A stretch of DNA of 52,011 nt, filler included, from Catajapyx aquilonaris (lineage: Eukaryota), in NCBI GenBank assembly GCA_000934665.2. It is 2 parts of 2 records of this genome, joined end to end, with 100 filler letters (N's around TTAATTAATTAA, not from the genome) between each part and the next. Parts side by side here need not be neighbours in the genome. Positions count along the whole stretch, not along the records: positions 26,065 to 52,011 come from JYFJ02005286.1; 1 more part is not named here. One strand, given 5' to 3'. Positions 35,703 to 46,857 of the stretch are shown here, piece by piece. Position 1 is the stretch's first letter. Every line of letters begins with the position of its first letter. The notes beneath the pieces were generated by a model, which did not search any database, was not told the DNA's origin, and was given only the letters and a program-made list of their open reading frames with translations. The position numbers and the translations under genes are program-made.

Positions 35703-38135
35703 GTAGTGTCAAGATGTGTTCACATTTGGGTGTCGTATGATACATACAGGGGGGTTGATAGTGCAATTAACCGCAAAGTGTTCCAATATTATTGTGTGAA
35801 TCTCCAACCACAAATACTGCCATGGTTGATTGTGTTTCGCAATAATTATTTTTGAAAAGTTAACTTTTCACAACTTATGTTTAAAAAAAGGATGTGGGAT
35901 AATATTATGTAGTGCGATTGATATGTGTTGGTGATTTTAGTCGGTTCCGTCTCAGTCCATACTCTTTTTAACTAACTGCACAGGTACTTGTAAAATGACC
36001 AGGCAGCAACATTTATGTCTGGAAAAAAGGCTTTGAATTATGTTTAAAAGGGGAATAAAATATATTATTCAGAACTCTGTCGTTTGAGATATTCCGCATA
36101 ATTGAGGCATATACTGATGTAATACAGTAGAACAATTCTGTATGATACGCAACTGTATCAAAAATTATTCTGCAGCATGAGGCGAATGCGAATGTTCTTC
36201 TCCATGAGACTCGCCCTCTTTTGAGCGAAACACTCGCCTTTCATCGAGAGGATTCGCTCGGGAGGTATTGTGTGTAGCCAACTCCTAGTTCAGTTTTAGC
36301 GAAAGGCAACGGGCTTCGTTTTGGCCTTCGCTTTCCTGATGCATCTCGGCGAACTTGGCCTGCGGTTGCCTCGATATATGACCAACACTGTACTCTTCCA
36401 GCCTGAGAATGGCCTCCATCAAGAGGAACCTCAATTCGAGATGGTCTGGAAATGGGAAGTGAGTCGAGCTGTCCTTCGACTGATCGGGCCTTGAACATGT
36501 GAAAATGCAGCAGAAGTCTTGTCCGTTCGATGACTGCCTCTTACTTTTCAATAATAATTACTGGTATGCAGCAACTGAAACGTATCAACACACAGACGTT
36601 CATTGCACTGGAATGCTGCTTACTTAATTCCACTATCACAAATTCTGATGGCTGGAGTTGCATTTAATTTGTAACCTCAACCTCAGTAATACACATTGCC
36701 TCAGCAGTCATGTTGGATGGAAGGGATGATGGTAAAGGAAGGAGGGGCCGTGGAAATTATGAGGAATAATTGCAGACACACTGTATGATGTAACAGAAGT
36801 TTGATTATTCTTCATGCACATTCTGAACATGCTTTATTTATTCAAGTTACAAAGTCCATTAAAAAAATAAGCTGCGTATGTTTTATCAATATTGCTTGCC
36901 CATATGAAATAAAACAGTTGCAAGCACTATCATGTTTATCCTATGAAAGGTCAGAGAATGTTCAATCAGATATGATGTAGAGAGCAGTTTAGAGAGAAAA
37001 GATGTCCGTCAACTGCCAGCTGTACATTTGTAATATGCGCTGGACTGTTTGTTCGTTTACAATGTCAATGATATGTGCAGAGCTGTGACACCTGGAGCCA
37101 TGGTCAGGAGTGCATCAAAGATTGCTTCATCTTCTAGTCTCAAGAACTCCCACGACCTCACTTGGTGTCCATGGGCAGCAGCATGCAGTTGAACAAGGTT
37201 GATTCACATTGTGCCAATACTTTAAGGTTCAATATCTGTTTAACATGAAAAATTGTCCAGTACATCATTCCTAAAAACAGATTGTGTCTTTGCAGGTGTC
37301 CAACCATAATATTAAGTGCGATTACGCCTACACCTCAAGAGTAAGTTTTTGGATTAATTACGGTTATCGGTTCAGATAGAATGTTTCAAGCTGCAGTTCG
37401 TGCTGAATTAATGCATTTTTTTTTGCATAGATTTTTTCAAGTGCCCTTCATTTTCACATTACGTACTTCAATAGTAATGGACCAGGAAGTTTCTATTGTA
37501 TTCAGGAAATAAGGTTTGAAAGGGCATGAAGGTAACCCCACTGACATAAGAAAATTTAAAACTAATGTAAAAAAAATAATACAAAATTCAAGAGATAAAA
37601 ATATTGAAAAGAAATACAAATTTCATTTCAAACTGTCAAAAAAATTTACATTTGGGGTATTATGGCTCTTCCGCGACTGTAAACAAACACACGTGACAAA
37701 AGCGGTTAATTGGAACAGCATTTTTATGATGTATATGCACTTAATTATTGCTTTCATTAATTTATTACATTAAATGTACAGGGTAGTGACTTTATGATCA
37801 CTCCCGCCATGTTCAGAGTTGAAAATCATTCAGGTAATTAAAAAATAATGTTACGCTATCCAATTATTAGTTAAATGAAAATGAAAGTAGTTATTACATT
37901 TTAAATAACTTCCTAAGAATTTCAGAATTTGCCTTTATTTACTCCCCGTTTGTGCAGCTTCCATATTACACTTCGGTAAGGTAAGGTATGTAGTTAAGAG
38001 TGTCCGGAGGGTCATGATGACCCAAAACCTGTCTGAATAACTGCCAGACTTCGTGGGGCTTCCCTTGGTCATCTAAAGTCTAAAGTGTTGTATTCACTGC
38101 CGTCGTCGTGCCATGAAGCTCAACAAACCTCGCAC

Positions 38136-38141
<6 letters not shown>

Positions 38142-38206
<65 letters not shown>

Positions 38207-38445
38207 GTAATAAAATAATAATTCATACCCCGTTATCAGCCCTTTTCAGCTCTTTAGGGGGGAAGTTTTGTTTTGTCTGGAACTCTTTGCTTTCATTTTA
38301 CTGCGCTTTTTGGGATAGGATAGGGACGGGAGGAAGCGGCTGTGGCCTGTTAATTACAGAAACAACTCCGGAATTTTCCTGGGATCCCAGGACCTCCCAA
38401 TTAGCAGTCGGACGCCTTATTCACTATGCGAACCTGCTTCGGTCG
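38142..38445 (-). mobile_element. tRNA-derived SINE with (ATT)n tail, inserted after the duplication
   Basis: 16-bp TSD aacctcgcacagttaa at 38126-38141 and 38446-38461; the empty site is present at about 30868-30883. Confidence 0.88.
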
Positions 38446-38740
38446 AACCTCGCACAGTTAAAACAGAGTTTGTTTATCGTGTCATTCCCTCCGCTCGGAC
38501 TGGGATGCGAGGGTCTGGGTGGTTCGTATGCGGGTAAACGGCGCGAGAAGGACACACGGAAAGGCAGTACAGCCATCTGTTTGTGTCGTCCGTGAAAGAA
38601 ATCCCTGCGGTTGCCAAGCAAAAGCGGTTGCCAAGCAGCTTGTTGATTAGAAACTCTGTAGAAAACCTGCAGCAGGGGCTTGTAGTGAAAACAAGTACAT
38701 AAGTTACTTATTTTCGAACAAAGATTTCACGCTGCATGAA

Positions 38741-40903
38741 TTAGCGGCAAGACGTCAGCATGAAGACAGCAGTGAAAACAATGCTTAACAGTAGGGCCAT
38801 ATTCGTTTTTGTCTCAAGAGTGTCTGGATGGTCATGACCAAGGACTTTTTCCATCTTATCCAAAACCTCCCTGTATGCACGCAAGGCTTCCCCGTAATTT
38901 CCTTGATCCCATAGCACCCTTGCTATGTTATGCTTTGTCCCAAGAGTGTCCGGATGGTCATGACCCAACACTTTTTCGCTCTTCTCCAAAACCTCCCTGT
39001 ATGCCCGCAAGGCTTCGGCGTAATTTCCAAGTTTGCACAGCACCCATGCCATGTTATTCTTTGTCTCAAGAGTGTCCGGATGGTCAGGACCCAACACTTT
39101 TTCGCTCTTCTCCAAAACCTCCCTGTATGCCCGCAAGGCTTTGTCGTAATTTCCATGTTTGCACAGCACCCCTGCCATGTTATTCTTTGTCTCAAGAGTG
39201 TCCGGATGGTCAGGACCCAACACTTTTTCCCTCTTATTCAAAACCTCCCTGTAAGTCCACAAGGCTTCCTCGTAATTTCCTTGTTTGCACAGCACCCCTG
39301 CCATGCTATTCTTTGTGGTAAGAGTGTCCGGATGGTCATGACCCAACACTTTCCTCTTATTCAAAACCTCCCTGTATGCCCGCAAGGCTTCATCATAATT
39401 TCCTTGCTTCTGTAGCACCACTGCTATGTTATGCTTTGTCCCAAGAGTGTCCGGATGGTCATGACCCAACACTTTTTCCATATTTTCCAAAACTTCCCTG
39501 TATGCCCGCAAGGATTCATCATAATTTCCTTGGTCATCTAACACTATGGCCACGTAATTCTCTGTCCTAAGAGTGTCCGGATGGTCACGACCCAACACTT
39601 TCTCCCTCGTATCCAAAACCTCCCTGTATGCCCGCAAGGCTTCCTCGTAATTTCCTTGATTCTGTAGCTGTAGTGCCATGTTACTCTTTGTCAAAAGAGT
39701 GTCCGGATGGTCATGACCCAACACTCTTTCCCTCTGATCCAAAACCTCTCTGCAAACACGCAAGGCGTCATTGTAATTTCCCTGGTCATCTAACACCTTG
39801 GCCATGTTCATCTTTGTCCTAAGAGTGTCCGGATGGTCTTGGCCCAACACTTTTTCACTATTCTCCAAAACCTCCCTGTATATCCGCAAGGCCTCACGGT
39901 AATTACATTGATTCTGTAGCACCTTTGCCATGTTATGCTTTGTGCTAAGAGTGTCTGGGTGGTCATGACCCAACAGTTTTTCCCTCTTATCCAAAACCTC
40001 TCCGTAAACATGCAAGGCGTCATTGTAATTTCCTTTGTTATCTAACACTAGGGCCATGTTCATCTTTGTCTCAAGAGTGTCCGGATGGTCATGACCCAAC
40101 ACTTTCTCCTGCTTATCCAAAACCTCCCTGTAAATAAGCAAGGCTTCCTCGTACTTCCCTTGGTCACATAACACCCCTGCCATTTCATTCTTTGTCGAAA
40201 AAGTGTCCTGGTGGTCATGGCCCAACACTTTTTCCTGCTTATTCAAAACCTCCCTGTAAACCAGCAAGGCTTCTTCGTAATTTCCTTTACTCTGTAGCAC
40301 TTCTGCTGTGCTACGCTTTGAGCTAAGAGTGTCCGGATGGTCATGACCCAACACCTTTTCCCTCTTATCCAAAACCTCCCTGCATTCCTGCAAGGCCTCG
40401 TCGTACTTCCCTAGGTTCTGTAGCTTGCAGACTATGTCATGATTTGTCTGAAGAGTGATTGGATGGTCGTCACCTATCCGTTTTTCCTCCTTTACCAACA
40501 CTATCCTGTATGCTGCTAAAGCCTCGTTCCACTTGCCCGCTTCACGTAGGGAGTGAGCAGAATCGAGCATCTCCTTCAATACCCTCGCCTGATCATGATG
40601 TTGTTTTGAGTAGTGTGTCCCACTTGCATCCCCAGCTCCTTCCTGCCCACCTCCACTCGACCCATGAAGACTACCTTTGGAATCGTCCATCCCCTTTGTT
40701 CCTTCCTTGCATCCAATACCGTCATTTCCGGATGACGTGTCAGTCTCGTCACGTGTGTCCTTGTCCAGGTGAGTGCTGCCCTGTTCTTTTCCTACCCCGA
40801 GTCTTCTCCTTTTGGGGCTGTCCAGCTTGAGTCCTGCAGTGGCCCCACTTGATGATCCTCCTCCGTGTTCACCTGTGACGATATGCGCATCCTCTGGAGA
40901 CAT
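38741..40903 (-). CDS. Long TPR protein (14 kinesin-light-chain-type 42-aa repeats), 720 aa
   Basis: Uninterrupted ORF of 126-nt repeats, consensus KxNMAxVLxxQGNYxEALRAYREVLxKREKVLGHDHPDTLxT; Gly/Ser-rich N-terminus; hydrophobic C-terminus. Confidence 0.9.
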   Translation of the reverse strand: MSPEDAHIVTGEHGGGSSSGATAGLKLDSPKRRRLGVGKEQGSTHLDKDTRDETDTSSGNDGIGCKEGTKGMDDSKGSLHGSSGGGQEGAGDASGTHYSKQHHDQARVLKEMLDSAHSLREAGKWNEALAAYRIVLVKEEKRIGDDHPITLQTNHDIVCKLQNLGKYDEALQECREVLDKREKVLGHDHPDTLSSKRSTAEVLQSKGNYEEALLVYREVLNKQEKVLGHDHQDTFSTKNEMAGVLCDQGKYEEALLIYREVLDKQEKVLGHDHPDTLETKMNMALVLDNKGNYNDALHVYGEVLDKREKLLGHDHPDTLSTKHNMAKVLQNQCNYREALRIYREVLENSEKVLGQDHPDTLRTKMNMAKVLDDQGNYNDALRVCREVLDQRERVLGHDHPDTLLTKSNMALQLQNQGNYEEALRAYREVLDTREKVLGRDHPDTLRTENYVAIVLDDQGNYDESLRAYREVLENMEKVLGHDHPDTLGTKHNIAVVLQKQGNYDEALRAYREVLNKRKVLGHDHPDTLTTKNSMAGVLCKQGNYEEALWTYREVLNKREKVLGPDHPDTLETKNNMAGVLCKHGNYDKALRAYREVLEKSEKVLGPDHPDTLETKNNMAWVLCKLGNYAEALRAYREVLEKSEKVLGHDHPDTLGTKHNIARVLWDQGNYGEALRAYREVLDKMEKVLGHDHPDTLETKTNMALLLSIVFTAVFMLTSCR

Positions 40904-41483
40904 GATCGGGACCTGAACGAGGCAATAAGTGCACGTCTTCACTTCTTCGCATTAGCTATAAATCTTTGTTAAAATGTAACAAATCACCTTACCGTCCGAT
41001 TTATTTATCACTCGCTAATTCCATGCAAAAGTATACATCAGTGTCAGATTTTAAAATAAAGAATTTCTATGACATTATGGTCTTTTCTGAAAGCTGAGAT
41101 TGTGTATTATTTACTTTTGAACAGATATTAGAGAATCGTCACATACACTCCAGGTAACAACACTGTTTATTTCCAATATGGCGGGTGTGAAAATTTCTTT
41201 GTTCCAAGGCTCCATAAAAAATCTTCATAATTCAACAAGTAGCTAGTGTTTTTTCATACAGTAAACTGTGATTTCTATCACATAAGAACTGGATGAATGT
41301 CCTATATACAGTATTTATCTTTCAATTTCAATGACTTATTCAGCATAAAAATTAGCCAGTTTAAATACCATCTTTGTATATCGTGTAAGTCACCATTTTT
41401 TGACCTTGTTTAAAAATTTTAGCTGTAGTACAAAAATATAAAATTGATATTAATTACCTTCTCACTAGATGGTAGTACCCTTC

Positions 41484-41544
<61 letters not shown>

Positions 41545-42792
41545 TTTGAGGTAATTTTTGCCTGAACATTGTTACAGTCATTTAATTTTTGTCGTGTAAG
41601 TCATGTTTCAGCTTGGATGCCACTGTCCCTGTTTAAATTTTTAAAGTCATATAAAAAATAAGTCAATAAAATTGTTACTCTCGTTGCAAAATAATACTAA
41701 CACACTGTACTATCAGTTCTCCAAAGAGTCCATACTTCATGTAACAAAATTATTGCTGGCCAGTATAATTATCCAGAAGGGAGAAGAAAGACGATAAATA
41801 CCTGAGTCGACTGCTGCGCAACATCTTGATCAGTGTCTAAAGATGTTTAACTCTAATTCGGCCTGAAATTCACGCAGAGAAAGGAATTAAAATAAAGAAG
41901 GTCATTCAAAAATGATTGGGACTCCCAATTTTTTTTTCTGCACACTAACCATTTAATGGGACAATTATTAATGAATTCATGGTACACTAGGGTATTCCCT
42001 GCCAATATCTATGTACACTGTTGCCACCGCTCCGTCAGTTGCTGCAGAAAACAATATTCCTCTTCCCCACACCACTCATGGACAACCGAAATAAATAATG
42101 TGACTTTGAGATGATAGGATTTTTTCTTTGGCCAGAAGATATAAAAACAAACAAAAATGGTCGAATTCATCAGCGTTAGTCGGGGTTAGTCTTCTAATCT
42201 TAAATTAACATTAAGTGCAAAGTGTGCGAATGAATTACCTGGCTTCCGCCTGACTTCCATGTTTGTCCATCATGTCTTTCAGTTACGCCCACAGGTCACA
42301 TGGTTACACACTACACAGCTGCCCTGCACAAAATGATTGGGGGGGGGGAAAAAAAAATCATTGAATTCTGATAGGAGGCGGAAGCAGCTTGACATAAATG
42401 TGTCACATGTAACAGTACAGAAGGGAAAGTTTGCTTGTTGGTAATTGTCCACGCAAATGGGCCAACCGGGCACTACCGCTAGTAGGCTACTGTGCTCTAT
42501 AAATTAATATTATAATTATACATTTTAAACAATATTAGATTACAATTATTCAATGCATCGTTCTTTTATGCATACAGTGGGATTATTATTCCAACAACAT
42601 GTGCCGTGTGGACATGGACTGGAATGAATGGAGGCTGTGGTCCAGCCCCAGACGGTGTTCGAACCTTGCTGATCCTTGAGTCGCTGTACCTGAGTAATTA
42701 GGGTATGAACTTGGCGCACTTGAAAAGTACTTCCGATCCTGTCTGGTCCGACGCAGAAATGGTTTCTCCCCAGTGAGGCAACATATCTCCCG

Positions 42793-42842
42793 TATCGATA
42801 CTATCCGTTAATATCGATACTGTGAGATGCGTATCGTATCGG
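42793..42842. promoter_or_regulatory. DRE-like (TATCGATA) motif cluster
   Basis: Exact TATCGATA at 42793-42800 and 42812-42819. Confidence 0.5.
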
Positions 42843-43739
42843 TGGATTGAAACAACTCTGGAATTTACTTAATATTATTTACCGTAACAATGCAACACTG
42901 TTTAACAACCGTGTTTATAATAATTGGGTTCTTTAATATCTTTCTTCTGTAAGAATGTTCCATCACACTGCACAGCCACTGGAACGCACCCCTGTTCCTG
43001 CATGGAATAAATACCTCCATGATTAAAATAATGTGAAAATTCTAATTGCAAGAGGTTGGCTTGGACATTACTGGCTCATTTTCATTGCGGGAGCAGGTGG
43101 GAGGCTATAGCTCTTTGTACACGATGAAATCTGCTTCATTGAGATAGGTACTCAGATGTGGTATTGTTAATACAGTCACTAGAAGCGAGGCTAGAAATAG
43201 TGACCAAGAGCTCTTGAAGTGACTAGAACAATAGCCTACCTTATAATAATAATAATAATAATAATAAACAATACTGAATACTGGGACGGAATATTTTATT
43301 ATGCACTTCACCTTTCCGTATGACAAAACCATGACTCACAGCCAACATTTGGATTACATTAGAAAGACAAGCCATTTTGTCCAGGCCCAGTGCATAATAT
43401 TCCCGTTCGTCTCCTGAATAAGTACAAAATGTAGGGGGGTAAAAATAAACATGAGAGGCAAAAGACATACCAAAAATAATTTGTATTACATGCAAGCTGA
43501 GGATTCCAGATTTTCCTGACTCGTTAAATGCACATAGGTTCGGCGCCTGTGCTTCGGGAAAAGTCCCTCGCAACCGCTCGAGATGTCCATGAAGACACAT
43601 AACCTGAGCGCTGTTATCAAATAGTACGACTACAAAAACCTTTTGGATTCATGCATAACGTATGAATGCACAACGGAACATTACATTTTTGAAAATACGG
43701 CTTCAAACATACATGGAAATGAGGAAGTGAAAACTCTTT

Positions 43740-45072
43740 TTAGGGAGGTGTATGGTAGAATGGTCCCTGCGGCCCTGGTGAAGCGGCGTATGGGACACGG
43801 GGTGGGAAGTTTGGAGGCATGATCTGCGGCGGGTAGAATGGCGCAGATGGTCCCATCATGGTGGGAAAGCCCCTGCGGAAAGGGCCCGGGTGGGGCAAGC
43901 CTGCAGGGCCTGCGGGAAGCATAAGAGGAGGAGAGTTGGCTCCACGCAGCCTCGGTGCAGCAGCATATGGAGGAGGGTAGGGATAAGCTGGAGTTGGGAA
44001 CCTCTCTGGGTTGTATGAAGCAGCCGCAGGAGCAAACGATGTAGGATTAGCCGGAATGCGGTCCATCTTCTGATCCAGGGAGAGTTTCTGCACTGGATGA
44101 GTGTTCTCCGGACTCTTCTTCACAGGCGACTTCTTTCCCGGAGACCTGGAAGCACGTTTCTGATCTGGGCTGTTGACTTGACCTGGCTGCATGGACTGGA
44201 GCATCTCTAGTTTGGTAACCCCAACAGGGTGGGAGTAGACGTCCAGGACCTGGTGGCATATGTCTGCAACCGAATAACATGCTTTAGCTTAAGCGGACAC
44301 TACTAGCGTTGCTCTTACCTTCGAGTATGTCCAAGGTGATGCCATCCGCGTACATGTCCCACCACCGCAGATGACTGGGCTCCCTTCCGACCCAGTCGAC
44401 CACCTCGAACTTGAGCAGCTTCCCCGCCAGGTACATGAGAGCGATGGCGATGATCTCCGGCTCCCACTGGAGGCAGAGGGTGGTGCAGAGGCTGTCGTTG
44501 GCGAAGGTCCAGGTCATCTGCACCAGCTTCTGCAGCTTGTTCCTGTCTCCCCTGAGGCTCTTGGCGTAGGTGAGGAGGAAAGTGTAGGGATGCTCCACCT
44601 GCAGGTCGAACTTGATGGTGTGCAGGAGGATCCTCTCCAGGGTCATGATCTCCTCCTGCAGCCTTGCGTCCGTGGCGTCCACCCCAAACGCAGCCATGCC
44701 CCGCTCCGAATCGATGGCTCTTGCCGCCTTGATCACGTCCTTGCACCGCTTTGGCGTCTCCTCCACTTTGCCGGCTAGGAACAAGGCGGCACAAGCCGTG
44801 GCCTGTTGCTGCGGCATGAGTAGTATGAGTCAGACTCCCAAGGTACTCACGTGCGGTGGGAACTCCTTGAAGGAGTGGAAGAGGTAGAAGCGGTGGAAGA
44901 AGACGACCCCGGAGGCCATTGAGTCGCAGGTGAGCCCCATCCTGGAGCCAATGTCGATGATGAACCTGGCCCCTTCCTTCCTCTGCAGGCGCTCCACCTC
45001 CTGAGGAACCCCATCCTTGGCGCTCGGGCTACTCTCCAGAAGCTCACTCTTGTCGTAATACCACTGCGGCAT
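43740..45072 (-). CDS. CycK: Cyclin K (about 409 aa)
   Basis: Exons 45072-44851, 44802-44319, 44263-43740 (introns of 48 and 55 nt); [15 protein letters not shown]-like, [61 protein letters not shown], Pro-rich tail. Confidence 0.95.
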
Positions 45073-45858
45073 ATCAATGCTGGAACAACATGCAGGGCTA
45101 ATTCCACCCACTAATTAAGGTTGGTTGATTAGGAGGTGGGAGGGCAGGTGGTGCCTGACCCAGGATGGAACCAGGCCTGATGAAGCCGGTTCCAGGATAG
45201 AACTGGCTGAATCCTCAAGTTGTAACAACGCACGTGGTGACTTCAGCTGTCTGAATCCGATGCGATACTGTGCCCCCCCAGAAACATCGATACTTCTTGC
45301 TGGATATCGATGCCAACTGGGCATTAAAATCGGAACAACAAATTTGCTATCAATTATTTAGTAATTAGTAATAATCAATGATGTCGACTAATGACAACTA
45401 GTAATTTAATTAATTTAATATTTACCAGCATGTTTCATCCCAGCGATAAGAACGCACCGACTGTTCCTTCAATATGAGCAGAGGTATGGAACGCACCTTT
45501 TTGTTCCAAAATGGCGTCTGATTTTCTGTTGGATTAATCTTGTTGGTTTTGGCCCCTAGTTCCTGCCTCGAGTCGTGTTGGGGGCAAAGGAAGGGGCAGG
45601 TACGTTGTCGCCCCCCCCNCCCCCCCCCCCCAATAGGAGTCGCCTTGTGCTGTCTCATTGCAACATCTTATGTTACAGGTGTCAGACAGTCCCACAGAGG
45701 AGTAAGGCTTTTGTCAGTTGCGGCAAGAGCTAGTTATTAGCTCTTGGTTGCGGTGAAAGATGACAGGGAACCAACCAGTGAGGGTGCGACTAACACTCGG
45801 AGTACAAGTAACAGAAAAACCAATTTGCAGTATTGTGATGGTGTCAATATCATTTCAG

Positions 45859-46220
45859 GCTCCACTGATGACCTTTACTGACTTCCCACCTGAGATTAAA
45901 CTCAAGAGTGTTTTCTCATACTTGTCGCAAAAGGATGTCATCATTAGGGCAGCCTTGGTATGCAAAGAATGGCAGAAGTTGACCTTTTTCAAGACTGGCA
46001 GAGTGGGACGGCTGGAAGCAGGTGCGCCTTTGACCATGGCGTTTGCTCAGTGTGGTGGGAGTGCAAATGAAGGGGATCACTGGCGCGAAAGGGAATCAGA
46101 AGCACTCTTGAGGGCAATCGCCTGGTTTGCTCTTGACCCTTTGCCTCAAAACTTTTATCAGACCTTCCAAATAAAGTCTTGAGGAACATTTCAGCTGATG
46201 TTATGCCCCAATTGTAATGA
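45859..46220 (+). pseudogene. F-box gene fragment
   Basis: Acceptor catttcag at 45851-45858, then FTDFPPEIKLKSVFSYLSQKDVIIRAALVCKEWQKLT; the frame degenerates and stops at 46182. Confidence 0.7.
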
Positions 46221-46332
46221 TTCGCAATACATCTTGGGCTGTACATTAAAGGATATAAAATGTTTGAGAAATGTTCTTTAATCCACATTATTTTTGCATT
46301 TTTTTAAATCCGATACGATACCGTATCAGAAA

Positions 46333-46399
46333 CATCGATACGCCACATCTGAAATCGATACTCCAAGCCTTGATATCGATACACTTCCACATATCGATA
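46333..46399. promoter_or_regulatory. DRE-like motif cluster upstream of CDC16 (related cluster at 45285-45312 upstream of cyclin K)
   Basis: TATCGATA at 46374-46381 and 46392-46399; variants CATCGATA at 46333 and AATCGATA at 46353. Confidence 0.55.
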
Positions 46400-46857
46400 C
46401 CGGCTTGGATTTAAAATCCGGATAATATTTATAATAAATAATTAATTAATTAATTAGTATTGCAAAATAATGAGTACTCGCAATATTAATAGTTTCGTGA
46501 TTGTTTAGCTGCTTGTTCTATCACAGCGGTGGGAACGCACCGACTGTTCCTAAATTTCGAGCCAGAGGTATGGAACGCACGTTTTGTTCCATTCCATTAA
46601 TGGCGTCTCTTTTTTTTTTTGTGATTTCCGTTGTTTTAATCCTGTTGTGGTCGCCCCTAGTTCCTGCCTCGAGTCGTTTTGGGGGCACAGTAAGTCACCA
46701 AAGGAAGGGCCAAGGGTACGTCCACAGAGGTGCAGGAATTCTGACCCTCCCAAAGAAGGGAAAATGAACCATCAGCTCTCTTGAAGGTATACCTGAACAT
46801 TACAATTGAAATGAATTTTCAATCATTTCAGACCTACACCTGCAGAAAAAGGAAAAG

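Larger units (their letters stand above)
37003..42788. repeat. Tandem segmental duplication, copy 2
   Basis: See copy 1; longer because of the TPR expansion, a SINE insertion and an (AAT)n expansion at 41484-41543. Confidence 0.92.

Noticed and set aside
34545..35740. Long antisense and alternative-frame ORFs over the F-box/LRR gene, and likewise over cyclin K (44315-44887) and the receptor
   Set aside because: Expected by-products of GC-rich coding sequence.
36241..36560. Minus-strand ORFs as a coding exon
   Set aside because: Possibly decayed LRR sequence, but too degenerate to support.
38800..40460. Regular 126-nt repeats as a CRISPR-like or non-coding array
   Set aside because: They are the coding units of an open TPR ORF in a eukaryotic context; there is no repeat-spacer structure.
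38809..40830. Plus-strand and alternative-frame ORFs over the TPR genes
   Set aside because: Shadow frames of the repetitive coding sequence.
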